Source: Lama guanicoe | Taxonomy: Eukaryota | Assembly: GCA_013239625.1 (NCBI GenBank) | Contig: MU054049.1 | Span: 1,191,015-1,255,014 of the forward strand | Direction of reading: 5' to 3' | DNA: 64,000 bases | Translations under genes and position numbers: made by a program | Notes under the pieces: model-generated | The model's database searches: none | Told to the model about the DNA's origin: nothing | What the model saw: only the letters and a program-made list of their open reading frames with translations | Shown: positions 37,545 to 50,347 of the stretch, piece by piece | Position numbering within the stretch: position 1 is the first letter of the stretch | Layout of the letters: each line of letters starts with the position of its first letter

Positions 37545-37880
37545 AAGGCTCCAGTCTGTAATTAGAATCACCCAGAGGTCTTGTTAAAACCCAGATTGCA
37601 GGGCATCACCCCAGAGATTCCGATTCCATAAGCGAGGGTGGCACCCAAACACAGTGCATCTGTAACAGGCTCCCAAGTGATGCTGATGCTGACAGGATGC
37701 TGATGCTGCTGGTCGGGAACCAGCTTCGGCAAACAGCCCTCTAAGGCCACAGCTGCATGCTGGAGTCACGTGAAGAGCTTTTAGCAAGTTCCAACTCAAT
37801 CAGGATCGCTAGAGATGTGGTGCAGGCATCGCTGTCTTTAAAGCTCCCGGGTGATTCCAACATGGGTTGCAAATCACTTA
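37545..37880. mobile_element. MER5A/MER5B-like hAT MITEs in tandem
   Basis: ttagaatcacc...cttgttaaaacccagattgcaggg...gtgatgctgatgctg; second unit ggagtcacgtgaagagcttt...aaagctcccgggtgattcca. Confidence 0.7.
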
Positions 37881-38253
37881 CTGAAGGTTTATAAATGTTT
37901 GCAGAACCCCAAACTCCTTAAGAAACCTGAGATGAAATTAGCCACAGTACGTGTACTTTGCATTTGTATATTACTCGAAGGTCCCTCCCTAGTATCACGT
38001 AGGAGTAGGAATTCTGCAGCAAAACAATCTGCCCCAAATTATGCAGACTGGAGCTTTCGCCTCTACCCTTTCAAAACCCATGGGTTGATACCACCAGGGA
38101 TTCCCACTCTACTCTTGAGTAAGTCTAGGGCAAGAAAACCATTTGATGTTAGGACAAAACTAAGAAGTCCAGGGTCTGTCTTTCTTTTCTATTCCTTTCC
38201 CATTATCTAAAAGAAAGGCTGTGTCTTATAATAAAGAATCAGGCAAGCATTAC

Positions 38254-38322
38254 CTTCAAAAAATGCCCAGGTCTCTTTCTTTTTCTCAAAGGATGAGTCT
38301 TCAGGAGCTTTGAGGGAAATCA
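38254..38322 (-). CDS. VSTM4: VSTM4 exon 3 (69 nt), stalk VISLKAPEDSSFEKKKETWAFFE
   Basis: Acceptor tcttacag|TG, donor G|GTAATG, phase 1-1, sequence matches VSTM4. Confidence 0.96.
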
Positions 38323-38859
38323 CTGTAAGACAAAAAGGAAACGGCATAGCATGAAATAAAGTAGCTTCTGGAGGGACCCACAGTGCAGCCCAAAGTAATG
38401 TCACATGGTATATACAGCGCTTCCATTTACAAAGTAACTTTCACATTTGCAAAACCGTATTTAACTGTCACAACTCACATGCCAGACTTGCAGGTAACAA
38501 CTGAGAGACCAGAGAGGGGAATTAAGTTGCTGGGACTCAGTTCAACAGAAATCCCACTTGCCCCATATACCTGCAAAATTAAGAGCTCCCCAATGGGAAT
38601 TCCAAGAACCGAAACATTATTTACTTGACCATTTTAATGGACATCTTTCTAAAATGTAGTGTTCTTGCCTGGGAACCACTAGATAGAGAAGCCTGAGGTC
38701 ATCTGATGACTCTGAGTCAGTGCCAGAAACCCAGCAACAGGCATCTGATTTTGAGATTATTGCGTCTGCTTTCAGTCAGTGGTTGATCACTGAATTCACT
38801 TTCAGTGCCTGCTTTCAACAGCCAGGGAAATAGAACTGAGTTACACTGTGTTATGGCTT

Positions 38860-39175
38860 GGACATGACAACCAACCCATTTAAAATATGGGCAGTAGAAC
38901 TGAACAGACATTTTTCCAAAAGAGGAACTGCAGATGGCCAACAGGCCTGTGAAAAGTAGTTGCTCAACACCACTAATATCAGGGAAATGCGAATCAAAAC
39001 CACAGTGAGACGTCATCTCACACCTGTCAGAATGGCCAGCATCAAAAAGAACACAAATAACAAAAGTTGGCAAGGATGTGGAGAAAAGGGAACACTCGAA
39101 CGCTGTTGGTGGGAGTGTAAATTGGTGCAGCCTCTATGAAAAACAATATAGAGGTTTCTCAAAAAACTGAAGAAC
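38860..39175 (+). mobile_element. L1 ORF2 3' fragment
   Basis: ctgaacagacatttttccaaaagagg...catctcacacctgtcagaatggcc...ggatgtggagaaaaggg. Confidence 0.85.
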
Positions 39176-42100
39176 AGAAGTGTGTTGAATTTCTTCAAAG
39201 AGTTGAGTGTCCCTGACGACTGGGCTCACTCACTGCTCTTCTCTGCACCCTATCTCCATAGTCCTTCAGAGAACAATTAGGGTAGCTGAAATACACATGC
39301 ACATACACAATTGTGTAATTATGTAATATAAATGTATTTATGAAATAGAAATATGCAATTAGGAAAGCTGAAGTACAGTTTTTTTTTTCCAGCTTTTCTA
39401 ATTGTTCTCAGAAGGAGGACTTCGTTCTGCTCTGAGCTAGTCCGCCATCAGTGGAAAAGAACACTTCTTCCATTAGAACCTAAATTCCTTAAAACCAGAA
39501 GCTGGATGGTCTACCTCGATGTCACCATCTTTTGGCACGCTGCCTGACAGCTGGTAGGTGCCTGGGAAATAAATGAACGACCTATTTCTTTCTGATGGCC
39601 CCACAAAGGAAGCAATGTTAGGTCTTTCATGTGATATTAGCATGTCAGACAATTTGTCCATCATTCTTCCTGCTTAATTTGCCCCACCCACAGCCCCTGT
39701 AATCCACTTACTGCCAGAGCAACTGACCAGAGTCCCCCTTCAAGAACTTAAACTAAGAAACAGAGTACATACATATGGTTGTTGTAAGCCCTGGAAGTGA
39801 AAAACCCTGTGGACTTTGGGGCGGGCGGCTGTGTTTGGAAAAGCAAGGAGAGGGCAGAACCTGCAGGAGGAAGAGGGAGGTGAGAGGACTTAATCTTGAT
39901 GGCGCTCTGGGTACCAAGAGGGCTGATGGGTTATTTGCTAACCTGGTGCTCCATCCATGAGCTCTGTATCCTTAAACCATCTCCGCCTCCCTTCTGAATT
40001 AGCTTGAATGGATTTTCATCTTCAGCTAAAAGAGCCTAGGCTAGGATAACCGCAGAGTTCTACTGAAGACAATATTGAAATGAGGGAGAAGTGTATCTCC
40101 AAGGACCTCAGTTTCCAGGAAATCAGGGATGCCCATCATGGTCCAGAGCCATCTTTCATTTTTCCCTTTCAGAAATTGTGGGCCCTTGATTTAGTCCAAT
40201 TACAACTCCCTTTGCCTTATCTGGGATAGAAGGTAACAAGGTCCCGATGGGCTTATGGAGATGTGTGTCGGGAGAGCCAACAATCTGGGATTCGAAGCTA
40301 AGGGGGCTCTAAGTAAGTTACTCATGGATGTTTCTCATCTCTCTCCAGAAGAGCTATTTTATGGGAAAAGGCAGCAACTTTGCTCAGCAAATGATGATCA
40401 GCAATACTGGTCCTAATCTTATCTGTTCCCACAAGAAAGAAGAATTTTCACATGAACTCTGCCAGAGCTTGAGAAATTTTCCCAAGGTTCCGCGTAGCTC
40501 TCTTGTTTCAGCTGCTAATCCCGTGCTTTCTCAAAGCGAACATGATACGCTGTCAAGCCGCACGTCGGAGTTCACAGACTGTAAGGAAACACGCTGTGGG
40601 ATACGGCCAGGGCTTTGCAGTGGACAAGCAGCGGGTGCCTCGACTGTATTGGCACACTTCCCTCTGTGGCACAGCGGCCCACGCAAACCCAGATTTACCA
40701 CGATCAACCTGGAGATGCTGAGTGGAAAAGGCCACCGCTGGGGAGACAGGATAAAAGAGGATGGAACGCTTCCTTCAAGGAAACATTTTGCTTGAGCAAG
40801 GAAAGGGTGGCAAATTTTCTAATCACCTATTATTAGTGTTGGTCAAAGATTTTCTAAGATGAAATGCAAACTTTCTGATCAAAGAGCATTTGGAATGGTT
40901 TCCGATGAGTTTAGCCATCAGAAGGCTGTGGCCTTTTATCTACCACTTTCAACTGTGTTTGCCTCACCTCGTGATCCAGCTGGACTCCCAGACACCTGGG
41001 AAGAAGGCGACAAGCCATACCCAAAGTCCTGGCTCTTCCTGAGAGCAGTGAAGACTTCCAGGAGGACTAAAGGTCCCCACCTTCTGACAGCGACCTATGA
41101 CTGGGGCAGTTCTCAGCCGAATCCCTCAAAGATTAGGGAGTCACGTGCATTCAGCCAGCGTTCGAACCAATGGGCTGTCTTGCAGGGTCATGATGGCGGG
41201 TGGGGGCCCCACTCCTGTGTGCTTGGGTTTTCAAGGTGCGGAGGAGGATTGGGACTTCTGTCCCTCCCCAGCAGGGGGCATGACTGAAATAACACCGCTT
41301 GACTCTCCCCCGACTCCCATCTCCACTCACCCCTCTTACTACCCTTGTGGGGGGACGAGGAGCCCCTGATCCAGGCGAGCTTCTGACACACTGCCCTCTG
41401 AGTGAGAGGAACGTGGCCCACACCCTGCTCAAGGTGGCCTCCGTCTTGCCACGTGCTCTGAGCCCAGCCTCTTAGCCAAGAGCTGATGTGGGGCTGGGCA
41501 GCATGCACCCCTTGGGAATGTTCATCACCTCCGCTCCCCAGAGATCCTTGCCTCTTCCATCCTTCCAGCATCCAGCACTCCTGTGAGGGAGGGCGGTACA
41601 AGGGCCACCTCTCCCCACAGGGCACAGGGCCTGGGAGGAGGGTGGTGGAGCTGATCAGGGAAACAGAAGGAAGCCCAGTCGGGCCACAGCACCAAACCAC
41701 TGTTCGCAGTCCAGCTTTATCAGAAACAAGGTGGGCATTTTGATTGCTGCCTCCTGTGCCTATTTACCAGTCGGTCTGGGCTAACAGTGTAAAAGAGAAA
41801 CAAAGAGCACTCAAGAGTTAAGTCATCAACTGACCTACTGACTGCTCTGTAATTTCCTGGGGGCCCGGTGCCCGGTGGGCAGAGCCTGGCTGACCTTCTG
41901 GTGAGGAGGTGACGGCCCGGATGACTGAGTGGCAGGCCGTCCCCAGACTCCTCCCCAAGAGAGCAGAATCAGATGAAATTGAAGAAGAGGCAAGTTATGA
42001 GACCCATCACGTCTCGGCCCTTCCGGGAAGAAACAGTTGAAAGTGGCCGCAGGATCAAACGGTCTGGAAGAACGCAGCCCAGAGGCACGGAGACAAACCG

Positions 42101-43115
42101 ATCCTATCAGCCTCGTGTCTGGAGGAAGCAGGTTGGAGAAGAAAGAATCAGTCAAGTACTTTTTGCTGGGACCTGCAGGGGAACCACCACTCAGGTGTGG
42201 AAATGGAGACGCTTGATTTCTGACTTGGACACAGCGTCCCGCCAACCCCCCTGGGAAGGGTGTGTTTCACAGGCTGTTTTCCCTGAGTTCATGCCAAGAC
42301 CCCATGATGATGCCCTCCAGGCTGAGGGGCCTCCGCTCCCTTCCTGGCCTCCTGTTCACACAGATGATACAGATGCCTTTATCTGATCCTGCATGAAGGG
42401 ACTGACCCCTGTCATCCATGGAACAGACGACTCAGGACTGTGAGAGGCCCTGGGAAGGCCCCCTTGCTCCCAATAGTCTTTCCCACCTGCTCACCTGTCG
42501 TTTAACAAAGAACCTTATAATTAGAGCAGCTTAGGTTGCAACCATAGGTGACATCCAAAGTAAGGTGCACATTTCTGTCACAAGACACCTTCCAGGATGC
42601 AGGGGTGGATGGAGAGAAGTGTGGAGAGGGCCTTGGGACAGATGGAGGAATAAGGAGGCTACAGGATGTGGGAAAGACTGGCTCTGAGTTTGGGAGACAC
42701 GCCTTCACCTTCCTATTTCTACTGCTGGTCAGGCTGGGCTAAAGCATTCTCCCAGATTCTACAGTTCTTGATCTTGGAGCGCATTGCCTTTACCTAGAGC
42801 CCAAAGACCAAGATTTCTAAACCTTTTGTGTGTCTGGTCAATTTACATGGTGGAAGGCTCAGAAGAGAGCCCAGGGCAGGGTCCCTGTCCCACCGGCACC
42901 GTCCTTCCCATGGAAGACGCACCGCAGCAGCGGTGGGAACGCACCAGCTCACCAGGCCTCCGAGGTGGACTTGGCTGTAGTGTCCTAACCTTGGAGTTGC
43001 AGGCTGTGCGTCTGCCATGATTTACCTTCTGGCCTCACATATTCTTAGTTTCTTATAAAGGGTGGAGGCAGGAAGCCCGGAGACCTGAAGCAGTAGATGA
43101 TTCTTAAGTTCTTTT

Positions 43116-43557
43116 TCTGTTTTTTGTTTTTGTTTTTGTTTTTTGTTGTAAATGCTTTTTTGCCCCTTATTTTTTATCGACGTGTAATTGATTTACAATG
43201 TTAGTTTCAGGTATACAGCCAAGTGATTCAGTTATCCATATATATACATATCTATATATCTTTCAGTTTCTTTTCCATTACGGCTCATTACAAGAAATTG
43301 AATATAGTCCCCTGTGCTACACAGTAGGTCCTTGTTGTTTATCTATTTTATATATAGTAGTGTGTACCTGTTAATCCCAAACTCCTAATCTATCCTTCCC
43401 CCTCTCCTTTCCCCCCTGGTAAGCACAGTTTGTTTCCTATGGCTGAGTCTATTTCTGGTTTGTAAATAAAATCTGTGTCTCTTTCCTTTTTTTTTTTTTT
43501 TTCAGATTTCACATATAAGCACTGTCATCTGATATTTGTGTTCTCTGTCTGACTTCA
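43116..43557 (-). mobile_element. Young L1 3' end
   Basis: (TTTTTG)n tail, ttgatttacaatgttagtttcaggtatacagc. Perfect 17-bp TSD gattcttaagttctttt at 43099-43115 and 43558-43574. Confidence 0.93.
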
Positions 43558-46379
43558 GATTCTTAAGTTCTTTTGAGTTGAAAGAAGAGGGGCAGAAGTT
43601 TAAGGCCCTGGTCCTTGGCACATAGACCTCACTAATTTGCACCCAGGAGGTGTACAAATCTGGAGAGCGGACACACCCTGCTTCAGTCTCCTCAGGTAGC
43701 ATCCTGGACAGATCAATGGGAGAGGAAAATCCAGAGGGACCAGAAGAGGTTGGTGACATGAAGTGTGCATAAGCAAAGCCCCTTAAATAAAATAAAGATG
43801 GGTCAACACCTTTGCTCCAAATTCAAAAATTACTATACTCAGTTCACTGGCCCTTTCTTATTCAGTGACGATGAGATGGTTTTCCAAGGGAAAAACTAAA
43901 TGTAGCTGTGTCCCCACTATTTATAACCAGATCAGCATCCTCAGGGAAGGCAAGTGGAACCCCAGAGACACAGAGACCTCTGTTTCTGCTCTCAGGAGTC
44001 TGCCTCTCCCTTCCTTTCCCCACTGCCCCTCCAAGACTCAGGCCAAAGGCAGTCTCCCTCAGGGCTTGGACAAAGCCACAAAAGTGAGCAGGACCTCTGA
44101 GTGACCTGCGCTGATGGAGCAGCTGATGGGAAACAGAAAAGCTCCAGCTTTGTCTATGTCAGGCTCTTTCCTTTGCATTCACTCTGAGACAAATTCTAGA
44201 AAATACAGCCAAAGAGCAAACGAAAAACTATATTAAATATAGACTTCCTGTCATGACAAGGCCGTTGGACAAGAACGTCGCATTCTGAGATGGAATCAGC
44301 TGCAGAATTCAAAGGCCATGTGTGTGCCCCCAAATAGCAGTTAGGAAATATTAAAACTTAGGGCTTGGTAACCGGTCTTCCCAGATGCAACCCCGGGTTA
44401 GGTCTAGATATTATTCTCCTGCAACCACCTTCCTCTCCTGGTTGCCATTAATTAAAATGGCGCTGGGTTTGGGTCACACATTCAGTCTTTCAGCCAAAAA
44501 AGTCGTTATGAAGTCCTTCTGTGTCCCATGCACTCGATCAGGTATGTGGGTTCATTTAAGAAGAATCTGGCTGGGTCCCGGAGTCAAGGTCTCTGGCCAG
44601 GTCCACCATGCCAACCTCAGCCCTTACCAACCCCAGACAGGCATCCACCTCCATTGAGCTATCTGCAAATCCCTCTTCCCCCTTGTCTATACCTTTGCTC
44701 TGGCTGTTTCATCTGGAGACATGGCATGGCCCATAGGTGTCATGGCCCTCCTCATCCTGCAGCCCCAGCAGAATGCCACATCCTCCAGGTGACCTTCTCA
44801 TGGTCCCCCAAGAATGCACCTTACTCCCATGCCAGTGTCACCCTGTTGTCTGCCCCTTTCATATTCTCTTTCTATTAGCTATGCCGATATTGCCTATGAA
44901 ACTGATACCCGTATCGACACATGTCTCCTCTTCCAGATTGTGAGGCTGGGGACTGGGGAGGGCAGGGATTAAAGCTCTCCAGCCCTATTTCTCTTTGGGC
45001 AAAGCACAGGGTTCACAGGCTCATAAACTGGGGCTTCATACATCTTGCTGAATTTAAGTTCCAGTCTCCTAAATTCTTCCAAAACTGTGGCAGTCGGAAT
45101 GAGGGCAGGTACAATGAAGAATTGTTTCAAGTGGTGTGTAAATTACACTCCAGTTGTCGATTTGTTCCCTCGGCGTATCTAGACCTGTTGACACTTTAAA
45201 CATCATGATGTGAGCTTGTTTAATTAAGCAGTAGCACTAAATGTTTAGTTAATCTCATTCCTAATTATCTGCTCCATGTCTCTGGAGAAAAAGGAATTAT
45301 TTAATTTCTTCCGTTGAAACTTGAAATGTCGGTTCCCTGTGGTAGTACATCCAGATCCAATGATTAAACTCCCTCTAACCTTCTGGGGTTAAAGAGAGAA
45401 GAAATTATACTACAGTTTCATCTTTGCCCCCAAATACTTTAAGGGTAAACAGAGTATTCCATTTGGTTTGTCCAATTCTCACACTGAAAGCTCACTTGCA
45501 ATCTTAAGTCAGATAACAATTTGGCTTATTAAAATATGTTATTTGGGGTTAGATTGAAGTACTGATTAAATTGCAGGAGACAGCCTTTGCAAATTGCTTC
45601 TGTTATTACAATGTTCACTGTTAATGAAGACATCTCCATACGAAAGGATGGAGATTCATATCCCCACCTCCCCACCCCCAGCTCAGACTGTCAGACTGCT
45701 CTGAGTCTGTGGGTGGCAGATCAGCGCTGAAAAGCCATTGAGAATAATTTTTTATGAGGTCTGGGGAGTTGGAATCAAGCTGTTGAAACCCAAGAGCAGA
45801 AGCCTAAATGAATGACAACTGCATTCTTGAGAACCGCGGGGGCTCACACTCCGTGGTGCGAAGGGCCCACGTGGTGCCCTCAAGCAGAGCCCAGAAACCA
45901 GCCGAGTCAAAGCTCAACAACAGCGAGGGGCACATGGCACCCAGGACCACACGGAAGCCTACCCTTGGCTGGGACGGAGCCTCAGGGACCCCCAAGGCTT
46001 CATCTTGGAAACTCTCCTGAAAGCAATCCAGGCTTAAGAGCTAGTCCAGCCTCCCCTACCCGCCCAGGGCCATTCTCGTGCTTAGAACTCTCCCGTGTCT
46101 TCATGTCCTGGGAGGGATCCACCTAGATCGGTACCCGAGGAGGACAAATGTGGGGGGCACGGGGACACCAAGCAGGATGGAAAAGTCACAAGGGCAGAGA
46201 GACTCCCAAAGCTTGGGGAGCAGAGGCAGCAGAGGGAGGTCAAGGGATTACCAACAAACACAGGCACAAAACACAACCAGCAAGCGCCTGGACGACTGTT
46301 GGGGTCCCTTGGTCAGCTGTGGGACGTACTGGTTAGACCCCTGGATATCATCCCAAAGCTCTCTCCTTTGCCCACATTC

Positions 46380-47270
46380 AGTTTTTTGTTGTTGGTGTTT
46401 TGTTTCTTTTTTTACTGAGATACAGTTGATTCACAATATTGTGTTAGTCTCAGGTGTACAGGATGGTCATTCGTTTTTTGTTTTTTCCTGCAGATTATAT
46501 TCCATTATAAGTTATTAGAAGAAATGAGTAAAATAAATTAATAAAAATTGAAAAAGAAATGGGTGTAACTCCCTGTGCTGTACAGTAAATCCTTGTTGCA
46601 TATTTATTTTATGTATAGTAGTTTGTATCTGCTAATTGACTCCTAATCTGACCCTCCCTCCAACCCTCCCCACTTTGGTGACCACTAGTTTGTTTCCTAA
46701 GCCTGTGAATCTGTTTCTGTTTTGTATATAGATTCATTCGTATTATTTTTCAGATTCCACATACAAATGCTTTTATACAGTACTTGTCTTTCTCTGTCTG
46801 ACTTATTTCACTAAGTATAATATTCTCTAGGTCCATCCATGTTGCTGCAAATGGCAATATTGCATTCTTTTTTCTTTCTAAGACTTTTCATTTGACCTGT
46901 AATTGAGATACCTACACCGACACATCATAGTCACCCAGAGTCCACAGTTAAGTTAGGGTTCACTCAGTGGTGTACATTCTATGAGTTTAGACAAACGAAT
47001 GACGTGTATCCCCCATTATGGTATCACACAGATTTTTACTGCTATAAAAATCCTCCATGCCCCACCTATTCATCCCTCCCCTCACCCCAAGCCCTGGCCA
47101 ATCACTGATCTTTCTACTGTCTCCATAGTGCTGTCTGTTCCAGAACGCCATATAATTGGAATCATACTGGATGCAGCCTTTTCAGATTGCCTTCTTTCGC
47201 TTAGGAATATGCAGTTAAGGTTCTTCCACGTCTTTCATGGCTGGAGAGCTCACATCTTTAGAATGAATTT
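46380..47270 (-). mobile_element. Young L1 3' end (about 46380-46870) abutting older L1MB/MC fragment (about 46870-47270)
   Basis: ttgattcacaatattgtgttagtctcaggtgtac...gttgctgcaaatggc, then catagtcacccagagtccacagt...ttttcagattgccttctttc. Confidence 0.85.
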
Positions 47271-47483
47271 TTAAATAATTACTTTAAGAAATTACAAAAG
47301 AGAAAGGTAAATCACTAACAGATATTGCCAGGTCAATGCCAATTGTTTTTCTGATAGGTTTACTGGCGGGGATCATGATGAAGTCAGGGATACCTCAAAG
47401 CTGGCTTTTTAGTAAGGCAACTGACAGTCTCTAACAGTAGCCACGAGGGCTAGATGGAAAAATATGATCCACATAAAAGCCCA

Positions 47484-47570
47484 GGGGAGAAGGTATAGCT
47501 CAGTGGTAGAGCACACGCTTAGCATGCACGGGGTCCTGGGTTCAATCCCCAGTCCCTCCACTAAAAATAG
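47484..47570 (+). mobile_element. Short tRNA-Ala(AGC)-derived SINE (head only)
   Basis: GGGGAGAAGGTATAGCTCAGTGGTAGAGCACACGCTTAGCATGCACGGGGTCCTGGGTTCAATCCCCAGTCCCTCCA plus short A tail. TSD ataaaagccca (47473-47483) / ataaaagcaca (47571-47581). Confidence 0.9.
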
Positions 47571-47739
47571 ATAAAAGCACAAATGGTAAACTTCAAAGTC
47601 CTAGTACTTTCAAGAAAAAGAGTATAGGTAGATGACTCATTACTTCTAATGACCAGAGGAATCAGGTTAGAAAACGGAATGACATATAAATTTGCAGACA
47701 TCACTGAGAAGCAATTTAAAAAGACTACATCCAAGATAA

Positions 47740-49200
47740 TAAGATAACTCATGACATTGCCAAATAGAAGCCAGCCACTCTTCTATACACCAGCAATAGC
47801 CAATTCAAACAAGGTGTCTGTGCATATGGAGGTAGGGAGAAGGGATGCAGCCTAACTACAAGTATAAGATGCCTAGAAATAAACATAGTTTTAAAATGTC
47901 CTCCCTACTCCCACCGCCATCCCCACCCTCCACTCCATCACTCCAAAAAAAAGAAAGGTTCAAGACTCTTCTGAAGAAATTTTTTTCTGACAACAGGATA
48001 GCCATTTGGGAACAAAAAGTAAATTAGCTACTACACACTTTACATAAAAATGGATTCCAAAGAGATAAAGGAATAAAACTCTCTTTAACCTTTAAAAACC
48101 TAAAACTATGGAAAACACTTTTACAAGCTTGGAGTAGGAAATACCTTCCCAGATAAGACACAATAAGATACAAAACCAAAGTACCCTACACAGTTTATCA
48201 AATATACATTTTATCCCAATAAAAAGTCCTACTGGAAAAAGGAAAACCAAAAAGGAAAAAGTGGCCAATCTAACCACATTCATATCCTGAAAGTGTAAAA
48301 TATCTGTATGGCAGAGGAAAACATAAACAAAGTACAAAGATAAGCAATAAATAGGAAGAAAATTCTGTACCATATAAAAGAGCTAAAGAATGAATGGTCA
48401 GAAAAAATATATGTATGTGTGAAGAAGACAGCAACCAACTGAAAAACAGGCAAAAACTTTAGACAGGCAATTCACAAAGGAAATTTTTAAACAGTCAAAA
48501 GACATATGAAGAGATGCTCAACCTCACTAATAATTGAATGCAACGGTTGAAATTAAATTGTATTGTGTACAATAATCAAAATTAAAACAATGAAATATTA
48601 TTTTTCCCGTCATTGTGATAAATAATGGAAAAGATTAATAATATTCATTGTTAATGAGGCTCCAGGGAAATAAACATCATCATGCAACGATGGTCAGAGG
48701 ATAAATCTGTAAAGTCTTCTTGGAGAGCATTTTGGCATCATCTGTTAAAAATTTAAATATGCATAGCCTTAGGCCCAGCGATTCTCTTTCCAGGAATCTA
48801 ACCAAAAGACACACTTCGAAGTATATGTACAAGGATGTTCACTGAAACACCGGTTGTGTCAAGGAAAAATCAGAAGTTTCCTAAGTGTGCATCACTAGGG
48901 GAATATGGGGTGCAGTTCGGTAATGTCTCGCTATAGAATATCAATTACAAAAAACCACATATAATACCACCCACAATCTCTGTAGAGCATCAAGTGTACT
49001 GTTGTTGAAATATACGTGTGCGGGTGTGTGTAAAATACATGTGGGTGTTCATGAATGCCAACAGAAAGGGGGACTGGAAAGGTCTAAACCAAATTGTCAA
49101 TAATGATAAGCTCTGGGGATGGCAGTGAAACGGGGGCCATTAGGGTGTGAGTGGGGGAGAGACAGACTTTCCAACTGCAGTTCTTCCATTTGACTCTAGA
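47740..49200 (+). mobile_element. Ancient L1ME-type ORF2/3' region
   Basis: gacaggcaattcacaaaggaaa...catatgaagagatgctcaacctcactaata...ttttggcatcatctgttaaaa...tgtacaaggatgttcactg. Confidence 0.7.
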
Positions 49201-49263
49201 ATATTTTTTTACGCCAACGCTGCGCCCCAGCAGCTTACAAGAACAGTGGACTGAGCACACCGT

Positions 49264-49752
49264 TGTGAATGAAAATTATTGCCAGCCCTATCAGTAAACA
49301 GAGAACGCTGAGGCCATCAGGTCATCAGCCGCTAGGAACACCCATGACAGGGAGTGGAGAGAACTCAGGATGCAGACAAGCAGGCAGCCGAGCCTCTGCA
49401 GCCACCCCCCCCAGGGTGCCCCCTGAGGGAACTCAGGATGTAAAGAACAGGATACTGGCCCTAGACAGCTAGGTGCTTATCAAAGGGATGCTTTCAAGAA
49501 GCCCAGATCTTTGCACCTTCCCATACAGGTAAAAGTGCCAAATTCCTTATGTTGAGACATCTGGTTGTCTTTAATTAACAGTAATCTTTTGATGTTCCGA
49601 CTTCCTGGTCTTTGGGCTTCTACCCTGCCACTCTGGAGCAGTCCCTCAGAGAGATCTGAGAGGCTGTCATCTTGGGCTTAAGTTTTCGGAAACGTCTGCC
49701 GAATAAAACATAACCCTCAACTTTCAGGTTATGCATTTTATTTCAATTGACA
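49264..49752 (+). mobile_element. ERV1-class solo LTR (489 bp)
   Basis: Begins TG and ends CA, 4-bp TSD ccgt (49260-49263 / 49753-49756), AATAAA at 49702-49707, internal direct repeat gaactcaggatg. Confidence 0.88.
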
Positions 49753-50347
49753 CCGTGTTGTGTAAACAGTGCTAGAAACAGAAGCAACAGGATACCCTCG
49801 GTGTCCTGGGAGAGCTCTCCGTGGGCTGGCGCACACACAAAAGGCCTGATGGAAGAGGAAGGATGGATGAGGGACCTCAGATAACATGTCCACTGGGATA
49901 CACCAAGGGAGAGAGAGGTGAGGCCTCCCATCCACCAAGCCATGCCTACCTCAAGGTCATCCACAGCAAGGTCATCACAGACATTCATCAAGTACCTGTT
50001 GGGGGTCACCTGTGTACCAGGCATGGTTCCAGGTACTCCAGTCACCACCACCATCCTCCTCCTCGTCCCCCTCAAAAAGAGTATGTTATGTAGATCAGTG
50101 CGTGGGGAAAAGGCACTGTCAATGCTGGTGGGAACATAAATTCACTAACTATTCTAGAGGTCAGTTCATTTCTTTAAATTCTATCCATCTAAATTGTATT
50201 AAAAAATAAAATACATTGTATCAATATTTAAAATGATTTTGGACCCCATAATGTTATTTTCAGGACTTTATTCTAAGGTCAGGGACATTTGTGGAGATTT
50301 ATTGGCAAGGATTTAGAACAATTTAAATGTTTAATAATAGTTACCGG

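Noticed and set aside
39700..40030. Possible old ERVL/MaLR LTR remnant
   Set aside because: Only the 3' end looks LTR-like; I could not assign a family or boundaries.
47484..47560. Apparent tRNA-Ala(AGC) gene
   Set aside because: Acceptor and anticodon stems each have two mismatches, and it has an A tail and TSD with no T-run terminator. It is a SINE copy, as is 8828.
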